Source: Hausera hauseri | Taxonomy: Eukaryota | Assembly: GCA_046269625.1 (NCBI GenBank) | Contig: JBJURY010000012.1 | Span: forward strand, 196 to 64,000 | Length of the DNA stretch: 63,805 nucleotides | Direction of reading: 5' to 3' | In this document: positions 1 through 11,357 of the stretch, piece after piece | Numbering within the stretch: the stretch's first letter is position 1 | Layout of the letters: every line of letters starts with the position of its first letter | Program-made: the position numbers and the translations under genes | The notes under the pieces: generated by a model | The model's database searches: none | What the model was told of the DNA's origin: nothing | The model's input: only the letters and a program-made list of their open reading frames with translations

Positions 1-67
1 TTCCCCCTAATCTTCTTACTTCTTATATGCTATTCATTACCAATAAACCTTTTCCTAAATAAAAATA

Positions 68-403
68 ATGCTACATGTATGTGTAATAATTTTCAGGAAT
101 AAACAATATACAATAATGAATAATATGTGGACTTTGAATATTAGTAGTTATATGAATAAAAAAAAAATAATAATAAGAAAAGTAATGATTGTAAAATATA
201 ATAACAAGATAATATTCGGAAGACCTTATATTAGTGATATAATGTTAGTATTTGATATTGACGGATACAAGATACGTAAAATACACACAATAAGATTTAA
301 AAAAAGAAAGAGATATATGAAAAATATATACACTAACGAATACATACATCGTTATAGATTAAGAAAAATAATATGGCAAAAAAGAAAGCTGCTGGTAGTC
401 TAA
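68..403 (+). CDS. rplU: 50S ribosomal protein L21
   Basis: N-terminal VIIFRNKQY, IFGRPY and RFKKRKRY motifs; directly upstream of rpmA. Confidence 0.8.
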   Translation: MLHVCVIIFRNKQYTIMNNMWTLNISSYMNKKKIIIRKVMIVKYNNKIIFGRPYISDIMLVFDIDGYKIRKIHTIRFKKRKRYMKNIYTNEYIHRYRLRKIIWQKRKLLVV

Positions 404-627
404 GAAATGGAAGAGATTCCAGATCAAAACGTTTAGGTTTGAAAATATATGGAGGTGAGTATGTTAAGAAAGGTAATATAATAATAAGACAACAAGGTAA
501 TAAATATTATAGTGGTATTAATACTACTATTGGGAAGGACTTTACTATACTAACCAGAATAAATGGTATTGTTTACTATACAAAAAAAAATAACAAGAGT
601 TTTGTTAATGTAAAAGACTTGTTTTGA
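373..627 (+). CDS. rpmA: 50S ribosomal protein L27
   Basis: MAKKKAAGSLRNGRDSRSKRLG signature. Confidence 0.97.
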   Translation: MAKKKAAGSLRNGRDSRSKRLGLKIYGGEYVKKGNIIIRQQGNKYYSGINTTIGKDFTILTRINGIVYYTKKNNKSFVNVKDLF

Positions 628-1048
628 TATACTCAATAGAATATAAGTAACCTTTATAATTAAAGCCACTGATTATTGCAGTGGCATATCTAGAAAATAT
701 TGACCTTGTCCTAAACTCTTCCTTTCTACTAAATATATTAGATATATGTACCTCTATATAAGGTATCTTAACTGCCAGTAAAGCATCCAATATACAATAA
801 CTACTATATGTTAATGCTGCAGGATTAATAATGAAATAGTCAATAGTTTTATAACTCTTATGTATCTTATTTATTATTTTATACTCCGAATTACTCTGAT
901 AAGTATTTATTTTTATTTCTTTATCTTTTCTATATTCCTTTTTTATTTCTTTTATTATATCTTTCAAAGACTTTTTACCGTATATCATTCTTTCTCTTAC
1001 ACCTAACATATTTAAATTAGGTCCATTTATTATTAATATTTTTTTCAT
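605..1048 (-). CDS. aroQ: Type II 3-dehydroquinate dehydratase
   Basis: INGPNLNMLGVRE, INPAALT, IEVHISN; true start moved to ATG at 1048 (MKKILII). Confidence 0.95.
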   Translation of the reverse strand: MKKILIINGPNLNMLGVRERMIYGKKSLKDIIKEIKKEYRKDKEIKINTYQSNSEYKIINKIHKSYKTIDYFIINPAALTYSSYCILDALLAVKIPYIEVHISNIFSRKEEFRTRSIFSRYATAIISGFNYKGYLYSIEYIKTSLLH

Positions 1049-1781
1049 GATTAAATTAGGTATTGTAGGGAATCCAATTTCCCATTCTAGATCAAACATA
1101 GTATATTATTATTTTTTTAGTTATTTAGAAATTAATTATATATTTTATAGAGTTAAAATAAAAGAAGATAGATTTTATAAGTCTTTGATTTCTATATTTA
1201 AAAAAAATATTAGTAGACTAAATATTACTATCCCATTTAAAAAAACTGTTTTTAATCTGTGTAATTTTATTGGAAGAAAATATTATAAAGTTAGAGTATT
1301 GAATTTAGTTTTTGTTAAGTTTAATATAATTATTGGAAATAATACGGATATGAAAGGATTTATAAAATCTTTTAAGTTACCTTTATCCTATAAAATTCTA
1401 GTAGTAGGATTTGGAGGGGTAGCTTATATAATTATTAATTATATAATTAATATTTTAGGTCTTAATTGTTTTGTTTGGAATAGAACCAATGATAAGATAC
1501 CAAAGTTTTTAAATGGTATATGTTTATTAAAGTCTTTAAATGGGAAGTATGATATAATAATTAATTGCACTCCTTCTACATTGTTTGGATATTTCCCTCT
1601 AAAATATATCAGAATTAGTACGTATGGATATTTTTATGATATAAATTATACCAAATGTTATTATTTCAATCATGATATAAATTTTATCAATGGTATAAAT
1701 ATGCTATACATACAAGCGATTTATTCTTTTAAAATATTTTTTAAAGATGAGTATAAAAAAAGAAGCAATAAAATTTCATAG
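1047..1781 (+). CDS. aroE: Shikimate dehydrogenase
   Basis: GNPISHSRS, NITIPFK, GNNTD, GFGGVA. Confidence 0.9.
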   Translation: MIKLGIVGNPISHSRSNIVYYYFFSYLEINYIFYRVKIKEDRFYKSLISIFKKNISRLNITIPFKKTVFNLCNFIGRKYYKVRVLNLVFVKFNIIIGNNTDMKGFIKSFKLPLSYKILVVGFGGVAYIIINYIINILGLNCFVWNRTNDKIPKFLNGICLLKSLNGKYDIIINCTPSTLFGYFPLKYIRISTYGYFYDINYTKCYYFNHDINFINGINMLYIQAIYSFKIFFKDEYKKRSNKIS

Positions 1782-2973
1782 TAAAGGTAAACCTGGTAAG
1801 TTAGAGATAAAGTTAATTAAGAATATAATTAACAAGAAAGATCTATCATTGGCTTATTCACCCGGTGTTGCGGAGGTATGTAAGAGAATATGTAAACATA
1901 AAGATAATGTATTTAAGTTAACTAATAAATCTAATTTGGTTGGTGTTATTACAAATGGTACTGCAGTTTTGGGGTTAGGTAATATAGGTGCTTTAGCTTC
2001 AAAACCAGTTATGGAAGGTAAAGCTGTTTTATTTAAAAGATTCGCAAATATTGATTCTTATGATATTGAAATAAATGAATATAATCCAGATAATATAATT
2101 AAAATAATTAAGGCTTTAGAACCAACCTTTGGTGGGATTAATATTGAGGATATTAAAGCACCTGAATGTTTTGATATAGAAACTAAATGTATTAAGTTAC
2201 TTAATATTCCTGTTTTCCATGATGATCAACATGGGACAGCAATTGTTGTTTGTGCTGGTATAATAAATTCAATCATACTTAATAATAAGGTATTAAAGAA
2301 AATAAAGGTGTTATTTATAGGTGCTGGTGCTGCTGCTATCTCAACTGCCAATTTACTGATTAGTATAGGTGTGAAAAAGAAAAATATTACTATGTATGAT
2401 AAGGATGGGGTATTATATAAAGGAAGGACAAAAAATATTAATAAATATAATAAAAAGTTTTTAATAAATACAAAAGAAAGGAAGCTAAAAGATATATTAA
2501 TTGGTAAAGATATATTAATTGGATTATCTGTTGGTAATATTTTAAAAGGTAAATATTTATTAGGAATGAATAGAAATCCTATAATATTTGTTCTGGCTAA
2601 TCCTATCCCGGAAATTTATCCTGATGAGATAGTTAGATATAGGAAAGATTGCATTATAGCAACTGGTAGAAGCGATTACAATAATCAAATAAATAATTTA
2701 CTTTGTTTCCCTTATATTTTTAGAGTGTTATTGGATTCCGGAGTAACTTATATTAGCACTGCTTTAAAAGTACAGATGGCTAAAATATTAGCTGGGTTTT
2801 CTAGAAAATATTCTATTTTTAATAAGAATAATATTATTACAACTGTTTTTAATCCTAAGTTATTTCAAGTAGTATCTTACAGATTAATGAAATTTATCAA
2901 AGAAAATAATATGACCAATAGGAATATTGACTTGTTAAAATATAAGATTTATTTAAAAAAGATGAATGTTTAG
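1747..2973 (+). CDS. maeB: NADP-dependent malic enzyme (malic enzyme domain only)
   Basis: [42 protein letters not shown]. Confidence 0.92.
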   Translation: MSIKKEAIKFHSKGKPGKLEIKLIKNIINKKDLSLAYSPGVAEVCKRICKHKDNVFKLTNKSNLVGVITNGTAVLGLGNIGALASKPVMEGKAVLFKRFANIDSYDIEINEYNPDNIIKIIKALEPTFGGINIEDIKAPECFDIETKCIKLLNIPVFHDDQHGTAIVVCAGIINSIILNNKVLKKIKVLFIGAGAAAISTANLLISIGVKKKNITMYDKDGVLYKGRTKNINKYNKKFLINTKERKLKDILIGKDILIGLSVGNILKGKYLLGMNRNPIIFVLANPIPEIYPDEIVRYRKDCIIATGRSDYNNQINNLLCFPYIFRVLLDSGVTYISTALKVQMAKILAGFSRKYSIFNKNNIITTVFNPKLFQVVSYRLMKFIKENNMTNRNIDLLKYKIYLKKMNV

Positions 2974-3619
2974 ATTACACCTATCTGGTATAGGTAATAT
3001 GAATAGAACAGTTTATATATATTTCTACAAGTATTTTATAAAGTATAGATATAATCTTTATATTATAAACAGTAATTATAATGTGAATAATTATTTTATA
3101 GATTTCAGTTATTGTAGTTATTCTTTTAGGATAATTAAGATTGCATTGCTATTAAAGAGTAATGTTATCTTAGGTACTACTGGATTTAATAGTATAAAGA
3201 TATTTAAAAGAGTAGGAAAAAAAATAGTTATATTTCATAGTAATAATTTTAATTTGTATTATATATATTTTATAAAAGTAATAGGATATATTAAATATTT
3301 ATTTAGGAGATTTGACTTTGAGATAATTGAAAAACATCATAGAACAAAAGAAGATATTATTTCGGGGAGTTCTCAATATATTGTTGATTTATTTAATAAT
3401 ATAAAAGTAAACTATATAAGGATTGGTAATATCCCTGGTAGTCATAAATTATTGTTTGCTTATAAATATGATTCTTTATCTTTTTCTCATACTACTTTAA
3501 GTAAAGAAATATACTGTAAAAATATATTAAATATATTGGTTTATTTAATGCATGTATTTGATAACGGGTTTTATAAGTTTATAATATTATCTAAAAATAT
3601 AGGAAATATTTGTGTATGA
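2966..3619 (+). CDS. dapB: 4-hydroxy-tetrahydrodipicolinate reductase (divergent)
   Basis: IDFS, ILGTTGF, IIEKHHRTKED.SG, RIGNIPGSH. Confidence 0.85.
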   Translation: MFRLHLSGIGNMNRTVYIYFYKYFIKYRYNLYIINSNYNVNNYFIDFSYCSYSFRIIKIALLLKSNVILGTTGFNSIKIFKRVGKKIVIFHSNNFNLYYIYFIKVIGYIKYLFRRFDFEIIEKHHRTKEDIISGSSQYIVDLFNNIKVNYIRIGNIPGSHKLLFAYKYDSLSFSHTTLSKEIYCKNILNILVYLMHVFDNGFYKFIILSKNIGNICV

Positions 3620-3766
3620 TCTTAAATAGTAGGTTTTCTTTATATGTAATTAGTTATTCCTTTAAATATTTATTTGTTTTGTACATTAATAAGTTATAAT
3701 AATACTATTGATGTTATGGTATGAAATACTCCCTTTATCAGTGTTAAGGGTATTAATTATAATAAT

Positions 3767-4495
3767 ATGTTTACTAAAGAATTAAAAGATAACAAAGTTT
3801 ATATGCAAAATAGTTCTTATTATATAAAGTTATATGTCTACAGAATTGAGAAATATTATATTAGATATATTGTATTAAATTTCCATATATTAGATAGGAC
3901 TGATCTTTTAAAGGTGATTAAAAAAATGATTAATATTACTAAAAATATTATATATCATATAACTATTTATAATAATAAATTATTAACAAAAATATTATAT
4001 TATATTAAATGTATAATAAATAATAAGATTGTAATATTTTTGTTTTGTAAATATGATCATTTATTATATAATAAACTTAGGAAGAAATATTATTTTTTGA
4101 GTACTCTGAATATATCTTTAGATAAGATATGTAAATTGTTTTCTATATATAATTATTCATTAAAAAATATTCTATATTATTTTTTTTATAAAGATAAGAT
4201 AGAATTTGAAAAGCGATTATTATTTTTTATATATTTTAATAAATGTCCAGTTAGAAAATTTTATATATATTATTTTTTTGATAAGTTTTGTATTAGTAAT
4301 AATAATTTTCTTAATATATTTGTTTTATTTAATAAGTTAGTAACAAAACAAATTCATTATAGTAAATTTGTTTATTTTATTAATTCTATTTTAAAGCTTA
4401 GTAATAATCTTAAATATATGCTAAAGAGTAATAATAATATTCTTATAGATTATGTTTATATAAATGTATTGATATGTTTAAAAAAATATATGTGA
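3767..4495 (+). CDS. Highly divergent protein, possibly DNA polymerase III delta (HolA)
   Basis: Long ORF coupled to mnmA; assignment rests only on size and the dapB...holA order seen in Burkholderiales; no motif confirmed. Confidence 0.3.
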   Translation: MFTKELKDNKVYMQNSSYYIKLYVYRIEKYYIRYIVLNFHILDRTDLLKVIKKMINITKNIIYHITIYNNKLLTKILYYIKCIINNKIVIFLFCKYDHLLYNKLRKKYYFLSTLNISLDKICKLFSIYNYSLKNILYYFFYKDKIEFEKRLLFFIYFNKCPVRKFYIYYFFDKFCISNNNFLNIFVLFNKLVTKQIHYSKFVYFINSILKLSNNLKYMLKSNNNILIDYVYINVLICLKKYM

Positions 4496-5457
4496 TAATA
4501 TCTGGTGGTATAGATTCTAGTTTTTCTTCATTATTATTAAGAAAGATGGGGTTTTATACATATCTTTTATATATAAAGATATGGAAAGATAGAAAATGTA
4601 CACATACAAATAATATTATTAATATAGTTTATATAGCTAATATATTAAAAACAGGTTTTGATATACTAGATTTAAATAAAAGTTATAAAAATAATGTTTA
4701 TAGATCTTTTAAGAATAAGGTAAGAGAGAATAAATCCCCTTCAATAGATATAAGATGTAATAAATTAATTAAGTTTGGTAAAATATTTAAGCTTACAAAT
4801 AATATATTGAAATTAACTTCAGGACATTATTGTGGAATGTATAAAAATAAATCTATGTATTATTTAATAAATCCTCTGGATAATTTAAAGGATCAGATAT
4901 ATTTTTTAGTAAGATTAAAAACAAAAGTATTATCTTATTTGTTTTTCCCTATTGGGATGTTTTTTAAAAAGGAGATTAGATATATTGCTAGGTTTATGAA
5001 CTTCATTAATTTTGATAGATTAAGTACTAAAGGTATATGTTTTTTAGAGAAAAAAAAGTTTAAAATATTTTTAATTAATAAGATAATTAGAAGAAGAAAA
5101 TATATCAATTTATTTGGTTTAGCTGAAAGATATAAATATAATATGTATGTATATAAGAAATCAGTTTATTCAAATAGGATTTATTTAGTTTTTAGTAACG
5201 ATAATACTTTACTATATACTAAACTATTATATCTATCAAATTATTTGTTTTTTTTCCCCCTTTCTTTATTAAAAGATTATTATATTATAAAAAGTAATCT
5301 TGGAGAAAGATATATATGTCGTTTATCCTTTGTAAATAAATATATTATAAAGATATATTTATATTATCCTATTAAGAAAATTACATTCGGACAACAATTA
5401 TTAATATTCTGTGATAATATTCTTTATGGATCTGGTGTAGTATATAATATTATTTAA
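4474..5457 (+). CDS. mnmA: tRNA 2-thiouridylase
   Basis: SGGIDSS PP-loop, CNKLIKFG, SGHY, KDQIYFL, STKGICF. Confidence 0.92.
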   Translation: MFKKIYVIISGGIDSSFSSLLLRKMGFYTYLLYIKIWKDRKCTHTNNIINIVYIANILKTGFDILDLNKSYKNNVYRSFKNKVRENKSPSIDIRCNKLIKFGKIFKLTNNILKLTSGHYCGMYKNKSMYYLINPLDNLKDQIYFLVRLKTKVLSYLFFPIGMFFKKEIRYIARFMNFINFDRLSTKGICFLEKKKFKIFLINKIIRRRKYINLFGLAERYKYNMYVYKKSVYSNRIYLVFSNDNTLLYTKLLYLSNYLFFFPLSLLKDYYIIKSNLGERYICRLSFVNKYIIKIYLYYPIKKITFGQQLLIFCDNILYGSGVVYNII

Positions 5458-6421
5458 ATGATTTATTTATCTTTTTTAGTAACTTAATTGTTTGTATAAT
5501 CCCTATACAAGGATCAGTTATACTGGTATTGTGGTTTATATTATTAGTGATTACTTGATTGCCAGGATTAATAAATGATTCTATTAGTAGCCCTGATAAT
5601 CTAATATTATTTAATTGTTTACATAAATACTTTATTATTTTAATTTGTTTATTAATGTTTTTTTTACTATTGCCATGTCCTGTATCAATAAATATATTAC
5701 TAGGAATATTATGTTTTTTACATTGTTTTCTATTTTGTTCAATATCTTCTCTGAAATAATTTACTTTACAATTACCTCTTAGTATAATAAAACAGTTTTT
5801 ATTTCCTTTGCTTCTTTTATATTCAATTTTGTTTTTTTTAATGCTTATAAAATAATGTTTTTCTCTAGATGATATAACTGAATTAATTGCACATATTGTA
5901 TCTCCTGATGTATTATTCTTATAACCTATAGGGTATGATAAATCCGAAACTATTTCTCTATGTGGTTGTGATTCTACTGTTCTTGCTCCTATTATTCCTA
6001 TGGATATATATTTTCTTATAATATGATATATAATATTATTGTTTAAAAATTCTGTTGCTATTGCTATGTTCATTGAACATATTTCTTTCAATACTTTAAT
6101 AGAATATTTTATTCCTAAATTAATATTATTGTTTCCGTTAATTTCTGGATCATATATATATCCTTTCCATCCTATTGTTGTTCTAGGTTTTTCTAGAAAT
6201 ATTCTTAGTACTATTAATATGTTTTCTAGCTTTTTTGTATATCTTTTTATTATACGTGCGTAATTTATAATACTATTGTAGTTACTTACTGAACATGGTC
6301 CTATTATTATTATAATCTTATCATTATTTTTTATACTATATATTATCTTCTTTCTATTATTTTTAACTATTTTTTTATGTTTTCTACTTATTTTAAATTT
6401 ATTATTTAATTTTATTTTCAT
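5450..6421 (-). CDS. aroG: Class I DAHP synthase
   Basis: IIGPCS, EKPRTTIGWKG, IGARTVESQPHRE, SITDPCIG; start moved to ATG 6421. Confidence 0.92.
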   Translation of the reverse strand: MKIKLNNKFKISRKHKKIVKNNRKKIIYSIKNNDKIIIIIGPCSVSNYNSIINYARIIKRYTKKLENILIVLRIFLEKPRTTIGWKGYIYDPEINGNNNINLGIKYSIKVLKEICSMNIAIATEFLNNNIIYHIIRKYISIGIIGARTVESQPHREIVSDLSYPIGYKNNTSGDTICAINSVISSREKHYFISIKKNKIEYKRSKGNKNCFIILRGNCKVNYFREDIEQNRKQCKKHNIPSNIFIDTGHGNSKKNINKQIKIIKYLCKQLNNIRLSGLLIESFINPGNQVITNNINHNTSITDPCIGIIQTIKLLKKINKSFK

Positions 6422-6428
6422 TTTAAAA

Positions 6429-6920
6429 ATGATAGAAATAATTAGAAAGTTAATCGGTAAAATACAAATTAATAAGGTTCGTTTAGTTAATAGGGAGAGA
6501 TATTTAAAGTTCTTAGAAAAGAAATATTTCATTCTTTTTAAAAAGTACAAGTATATTCAGTTTAGATATTGTAACATAGAAAATACTACTTATGATAATA
6601 GTAGTATTTTAAGTAGTCTTTTGGATATAATGGATGGTTTAGAGAATACTATTAATCTATGGAATAATGAGTTTAAGAAAACCAAGGAAGGTATTAAAAT
6701 AATTTTGAAACTTTTAAGGAGTTTATTTAAAAAAAATAATGTTAAACAAATTATACCTAAGAAATTTGATGATTTTAATCCTTATTATCATCAAGCTATT
6801 ATCAATATTAATAAACCCTACAGATCAAATTTAATATTTAATGTTTTACAGAAAGGATATATAGTAAATGGTAAAGTAATTAGACCTGCACTTGTTAGTG
6901 TAACAAAATTTAGTAAATGA
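6429..6920 (+). CDS. grpE: Nucleotide exchange factor GrpE
   Basis: [28 protein letters not shown]; upstream of dnaK. Confidence 0.93.
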   Translation: MIEIIRKLIGKIQINKVRLVNRERYLKFLEKKYFILFKKYKYIQFRYCNIENTTYDNSSILSSLLDIMDGLENTINLWNNEFKKTKEGIKIILKLLRSLFKKNNVKQIIPKKFDDFNPYYHQAIININKPYRSNLIFNVLQKGYIVNGKVIRPALVSVTKFSK

Positions 6921-8725
6921 AAAGAATAATAGGAATAGATTTAGGTACAACAAACTCATGTGTTGCTATTATGGAAAATGATAAAGTTAAAGTGATAGAA
7001 AATTCTGAAGGTAGTAGAACTACACCTTCTGTTGTAGCTTATTTAGAGAATAATGAAATTTTAGTTGGTGTACCCGCAAGAAGGCAATCGGTTACTAATC
7101 CTGAAAATACATTATATTCAATAAAAAGATTTATTGGAAGGAAATATTCTGAGTTAGATACAATAAAAGATATTAAGTCTACACCTTATAAATTATTTGA
7201 ACATAAGAATGGAGATATATGGATAAGGGTTAATAATAAAGAGATTGCACCACCTCAGGTTTCTTCTGAAATATTGAAAAAGATGAAAGTAACCGCTGAG
7301 GATTATATTGGTAATGAAATAAGTAATGCAGTTATTACTGTTCCTGCATATTTTAATGATTCTCAAAGACAAGCTACCAAAGATGCAGGTTTAATAGCAG
7401 GATTAAATATTGAAAGAATAATAAATGAACCTACAGCTGCAGCTTTGGCTTTTGGTTTGGATAAAAAATATAGTAGTGATAAAAAAATAATTATATATGA
7501 TTTAGGAGGAGGTACATTTGATGTTTCAATAATAGAAATAGCAATGATTGATAATGAGAAACAATTTGAAGTTTTAGCTACTAATGGAGATACATTATTA
7601 GGTGGGGAGGATTTTGATAGAAAAGTACTAGATTATATATTAGATAATTATAAGTTGAATTCAGGTATAGATTTAAGTAATGATATTTTTGCTATTCAAA
7701 GAATAAGAGAAGCTGCTGAAAGAGTAAAGATAGAACTCTCAACATTAAAAGAAACTGAAATAAATTTACCTTATATTACTTCTATTCATTCTATACCTAA
7801 GCATTTGAATCTTAAGATTAATAGAGCAAAGCTAGAGTCTTTAGTGGATGGTTTAGTGAATAAAACAATTATACCTTGTAAGGTAGCTTTGTCAGATTCT
7901 AATATTTCTAAAGATGATATAGATGAAGTTATATTAGTAGGTGGTATGACTAGAATGCCTAAGATACAAGGTAAAGTAGAAGAATTTTTTAATAAGAAAC
8001 CTAGAAAGGATATAAATCCTGATGAGGCTGTAGCTATAGGTGCAGCTATACAAGCTCAAGTTTTGAGTGGAAAAAAGAAAGATATTCTTTTATTAGATGT
8101 TATCCCATTATCTCTCGGAATAGAAACATTAGGTGGAGTTATGACAAAAATGATAAATAAGAATACTACTATACCTACTAAATATTCTCAAATCTTTTCA
8201 ACTGCTGAAGATAATCAGCCTGCTGTAAATATAAAGGTTTATCAAGGGGAACGTGAAATATGTTCTAATAATAAATTGTTAGGTGAATTTAGTCTAACTG
8301 GTATTAATCCTAGTCCTAGAGGTGTACCTCAAATAGAAGTAACATTTGATGTCGATTCTAATGGTATTTTAAATGTATCAGCTAGAGATAAGTCAACAGG
8401 TAAAGAAAATAAGATTATTATAAAAGCAAGTTCTGGTTTATCTAAAGAAGAAATAGAGAAGATGATATTTGATGCTAAAGAAAATTCTAAGAAAGATATA
8501 GAAACCAAGAAAATAATTGAAGTTAAAAATGACTGTGAAACAGATATATATAATATAGAAACGAAATTAAAAGATAAAAATACAGTTTTAGGTTCAGATA
8601 AAAGAAAAGAATTAGAGGACAGATGCAATGAATTAAAGGAATTTATAAAAAATAATAATGATATAGAACAAATAAAAGATAAGAAAGATAAATTAGATAA
8701 ATTATTTAAAGAGGTTATAAAATAA
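6917..8725 (+). CDS. dnaK: Chaperone DnaK
   Basis: [36 protein letters not shown]. Confidence 0.99.
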   Translation: MKRIIGIDLGTTNSCVAIMENDKVKVIENSEGSRTTPSVVAYLENNEILVGVPARRQSVTNPENTLYSIKRFIGRKYSELDTIKDIKSTPYKLFEHKNGDIWIRVNNKEIAPPQVSSEILKKMKVTAEDYIGNEISNAVITVPAYFNDSQRQATKDAGLIAGLNIERIINEPTAAALAFGLDKKYSSDKKIIIYDLGGGTFDVSIIEIAMIDNEKQFEVLATNGDTLLGGEDFDRKVLDYILDNYKLNSGIDLSNDIFAIQRIREAAERVKIELSTLKETEINLPYITSIHSIPKHLNLKINRAKLESLVDGLVNKTIIPCKVALSDSNISKDDIDEVILVGGMTRMPKIQGKVEEFFNKKPRKDINPDEAVAIGAAIQAQVLSGKKKDILLLDVIPLSLGIETLGGVMTKMINKNTTIPTKYSQIFSTAEDNQPAVNIKVYQGEREICSNNKLLGEFSLTGINPSPRGVPQIEVTFDVDSNGILNVSARDKSTGKENKIIIKASSGLSKEEIEKMIFDAKENSKKDIETKKIIEVKNDCETDIYNIETKLKDKNTVLGSDKRKELEDRCNELKEFIKNNNDIEQIKDKKDKLDKLFKEVIK

Positions 8726-8726
8726 T

Positions 8727-9716
8727 ATGAAGAATTACTATAAAATATTAGGTGTATCAGAGAATGCATCTCAGGAAGAAATAAAAAAAGCATATAAAAG
8801 GTTAGCAATGAAATATCATCCTGATAGAAATATAGGGAAGATAAATACCCAAGAAAAGTTTAAAGAAATAAAGGAAGCATATGAGTATTTAGTAGGTAAA
8901 AGAAATAATGATAATGATTATAATGAATATAATGAATTTTCAGATATTAATGGTTTTAATGATATTTTTAATGATTTATTTGATGATGAGGAGATTAGAT
9001 TTAATAATACTAAGTTTAATAAAAAAAAAAACCTTGATATATTTTTAAAGGTCAAGGTATCATTAAAGGATATACTTACAGGAATAAAAAAAAATATATC
9101 TGTTTTAAAATGGGTTGAATGTAATGAGTGTTTGGGTAAGAAATATAAAAGAGGATTTAAACCTGAAAAATGTGTAGTTTGTAATGGTACTGGATGTATA
9201 AGAAATATAAAGGACTTTTTTAGCTTACAGACCACATGTAGTACATGTAGAGGTACTGGAGAAATAATATATGAATATTGTAATGTTTGTAGAGGTATAG
9301 GAAAGATTAAAAGAAAAGAAAAAATAGTGATAAGTATTCCAAAAGGATTATCAAACGGTGACAAAATAAAAATAACAGGTAAAGGTAATATTGATAAGCA
9401 AACTGGTATTCATGGTAATTTAATAATTCAAATTGATATAAAAAACAATAATAAGTATAAAAGAATAAATGATGATATTTATTATAGTGAGGATATTTTT
9501 TTTACAAAGGTATTAACTGGTTTAAGAATAAAGGTAAATAGTTTAGATTGTTATTTTTATTTTGATTTACCTTGCTGTAATAGTAAACAATTAATCTTTA
9601 AAAATAAGGGATTTAATAGAGGTAGTTTAATATTAACCATAAATATAATTCTTCCAAAAAAAATTAATAATATTCAAAGAATATTACTTGAGAGATTAAA
9701 TAATAGTTTTAAATAA
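8727..9716 (+). CDS. dnaJ: Chaperone DnaJ
   Basis: J domain HPD and four CxxCxG repeats. Confidence 0.97.
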   Translation: MKNYYKILGVSENASQEEIKKAYKRLAMKYHPDRNIGKINTQEKFKEIKEAYEYLVGKRNNDNDYNEYNEFSDINGFNDIFNDLFDDEEIRFNNTKFNKKKNLDIFLKVKVSLKDILTGIKKNISVLKWVECNECLGKKYKRGFKPEKCVVCNGTGCIRNIKDFFSLQTTCSTCRGTGEIIYEYCNVCRGIGKIKRKEKIVISIPKGLSNGDKIKITGKGNIDKQTGIHGNLIIQIDIKNNNKYKRINDDIYYSEDIFFTKVLTGLRIKVNSLDCYFYFDLPCCNSKQLIFKNKGFNRGSLILTINIILPKKINNIQRILLERLNNSFK

Positions 9717-10263
9717 TTACCCAATTGTTTTTTTTACTAATATTATATAATTTTGTATTAGGATTTATTATTATTTTATTTCTTATATTCTTTAATAAAT
9801 ATATATCATTTATTGAATCTGTAAAGAAAAAAGCGGCGCTAATATTTTTATATTTAATTAGGTTATTGAATTTATTTCTTTTATAGTTATTTAATATAAT
9901 ATTTTTTCCTTTTGTTACAGTAGAAAATATTTTATCTATGTTTAGTATTTTTTTTACCATATTAACAATAGTATAGTTACTAGATGTAGATATAATTATA
10001 TGTTTTTTTTTATTCTTTAGTTTATTAATTATTAATATTATTTTTTTATTAATTGATTTAAGAAATATTCTATATATAAATTTCTTTATAATATTTTTAT
10101 ATTTATATATTTTTTTAATATAATATATATATTTTTGTAGTTTGGTTTTTTTTTTAATTAAGTTATTATATAATTTATTATATTTTTTACCAAAAAATAT
10201 TCTATATATATAGTATTCACAATCTATTCTTATTATAGTTTTATCTAAATCAAATATAAACAT
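9709..10263 (-). CDS. HAD-IB family phosphatase (candidate histidinol-phosphatase or SerB-like)
   Basis: FDLDKT motif I, ISTS motif II, FTDSIND motif IV. Confidence 0.75.
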   Translation of the reverse strand: MFIFDLDKTIIRIDCEYYIYRIFFGKKYNKLYNNLIKKKTKLQKYIYYIKKIYKYKNIIKKFIYRIFLKSINKKIILIINKLKNKKKHIIISTSSNYTIVNMVKKILNIDKIFSTVTKGKNIILNNYKRNKFNNLIKYKNISAAFFFTDSINDIYLLKNIRNKIIINPNTKLYNISKKNNWVII

Positions 10264-10267
10264 TTAT

Positions 10268-11353
10268 ATGTCTAAGTTATTTTTTTTTAGTATAAAATGC
10301 TTTATATTATTAAATAATATAAGGTTTATAGATATTATTGGTAAGTTTAATAATAAGGAATTAGTGATTAAGAAAAAAAATAATAAACTTTTTTTTTTCT
10401 CTAATGGTCAAGAGATTCAGAATTATAGTAGGATTATTATTAATAGTAGTAGTATAGATTTTCTAATTAAGTTTGAATATATTAAATTAGTTAATTATCT
10501 TTGTATACTAAAGCCTAATGATAGTATTAGAATTAGTATTAAAGATACTAGAATATATTTTAGTAATAAGAATACTATTTTGTCCTTAAATTTTATTGAG
10601 AATAATGATATTAATAAATGTTTTTTGATTGAAAAAAATATTTATCTTATAGTTTTTAATATAATTACGAACTATAAATATTTAAAATTTTTATTTGTAA
10701 TAAAAAGAAAAGGTGATTTAATATTTAAGATTAGTTTGAACAAGTTAGTATTAATTACATTTGATGAATATAGAATTATTAAATTAGTATTAGGTATTAA
10801 TACTAATAATAAAATTAAGAAAAAATTTTTAATCAATAAGGAATTTATTAGAACTTTATTAAAGCTTGATATAAATGAAAAAACTATATTTAAGATTAAA
10901 AAAAATAAACTATTTATATATGTAAATAAATACAAGATATTAGGTTTTTATATAAAAGAATCTATAAAATCTGATTTAAATATTAAGTATAATATTATAT
11001 TACCTAACAAGGTATTTATTAAAAAATACTCTTTTATTGAGTCTATAAAGAAATTAAGTATAGCATTTAATAAATCAATTGATTGGTTAAGGATATCGAT
11101 AAGAGGGAATATTATATTCTTTAGATATAAAAATTTTGATAATGAAGGTGTTAGAAATTATATTAGCTTAAGTAATCCACTATGTTGTTCAATTAGTTTA
11201 AATATAAATTATAGTTATTTAAAAGAATTTTTATTATTGAAAAATAATTTTAATAATATTACTCTTTATTTTAAAGATAATAAAGGTATAATAAAATTAA
11301 TATATAGTGAATTTAAATATATTGAATATTATATAATGCCAATCTATTTCTAA
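10268..11353 (+). CDS. dnaN: DNA polymerase III beta clamp (divergent)
   Basis: 361 aa, TFDEYRI (ATDGHRL-like), INYSYLKEFL, C-terminal YYIMP. Confidence 0.8.
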   Translation: MSKLFFFSIKCFILLNNIRFIDIIGKFNNKELVIKKKNNKLFFFSNGQEIQNYSRIIINSSSIDFLIKFEYIKLVNYLCILKPNDSIRISIKDTRIYFSNKNTILSLNFIENNDINKCFLIEKNIYLIVFNIITNYKYLKFLFVIKRKGDLIFKISLNKLVLITFDEYRIIKLVLGINTNNKIKKKFLINKEFIRTLLKLDINEKTIFKIKKNKLFIYVNKYKILGFYIKESIKSDLNIKYNIILPNKVFIKKYSFIESIKKLSIAFNKSIDWLRISIRGNIIFFRYKNFDNEGVRNYISLSNPLCCSISLNINYSYLKEFLLLKNNFNNITLYFKDNKGIIKLIYSEFKYIEYYIMPIYF

Positions 11354-11357
11354 CTTT

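Noticed and set aside
1-67. Possible RNA gene starting GGGGGAA on the minus strand at the window edge
   Set aside because: Too little sequence within the window to support a call
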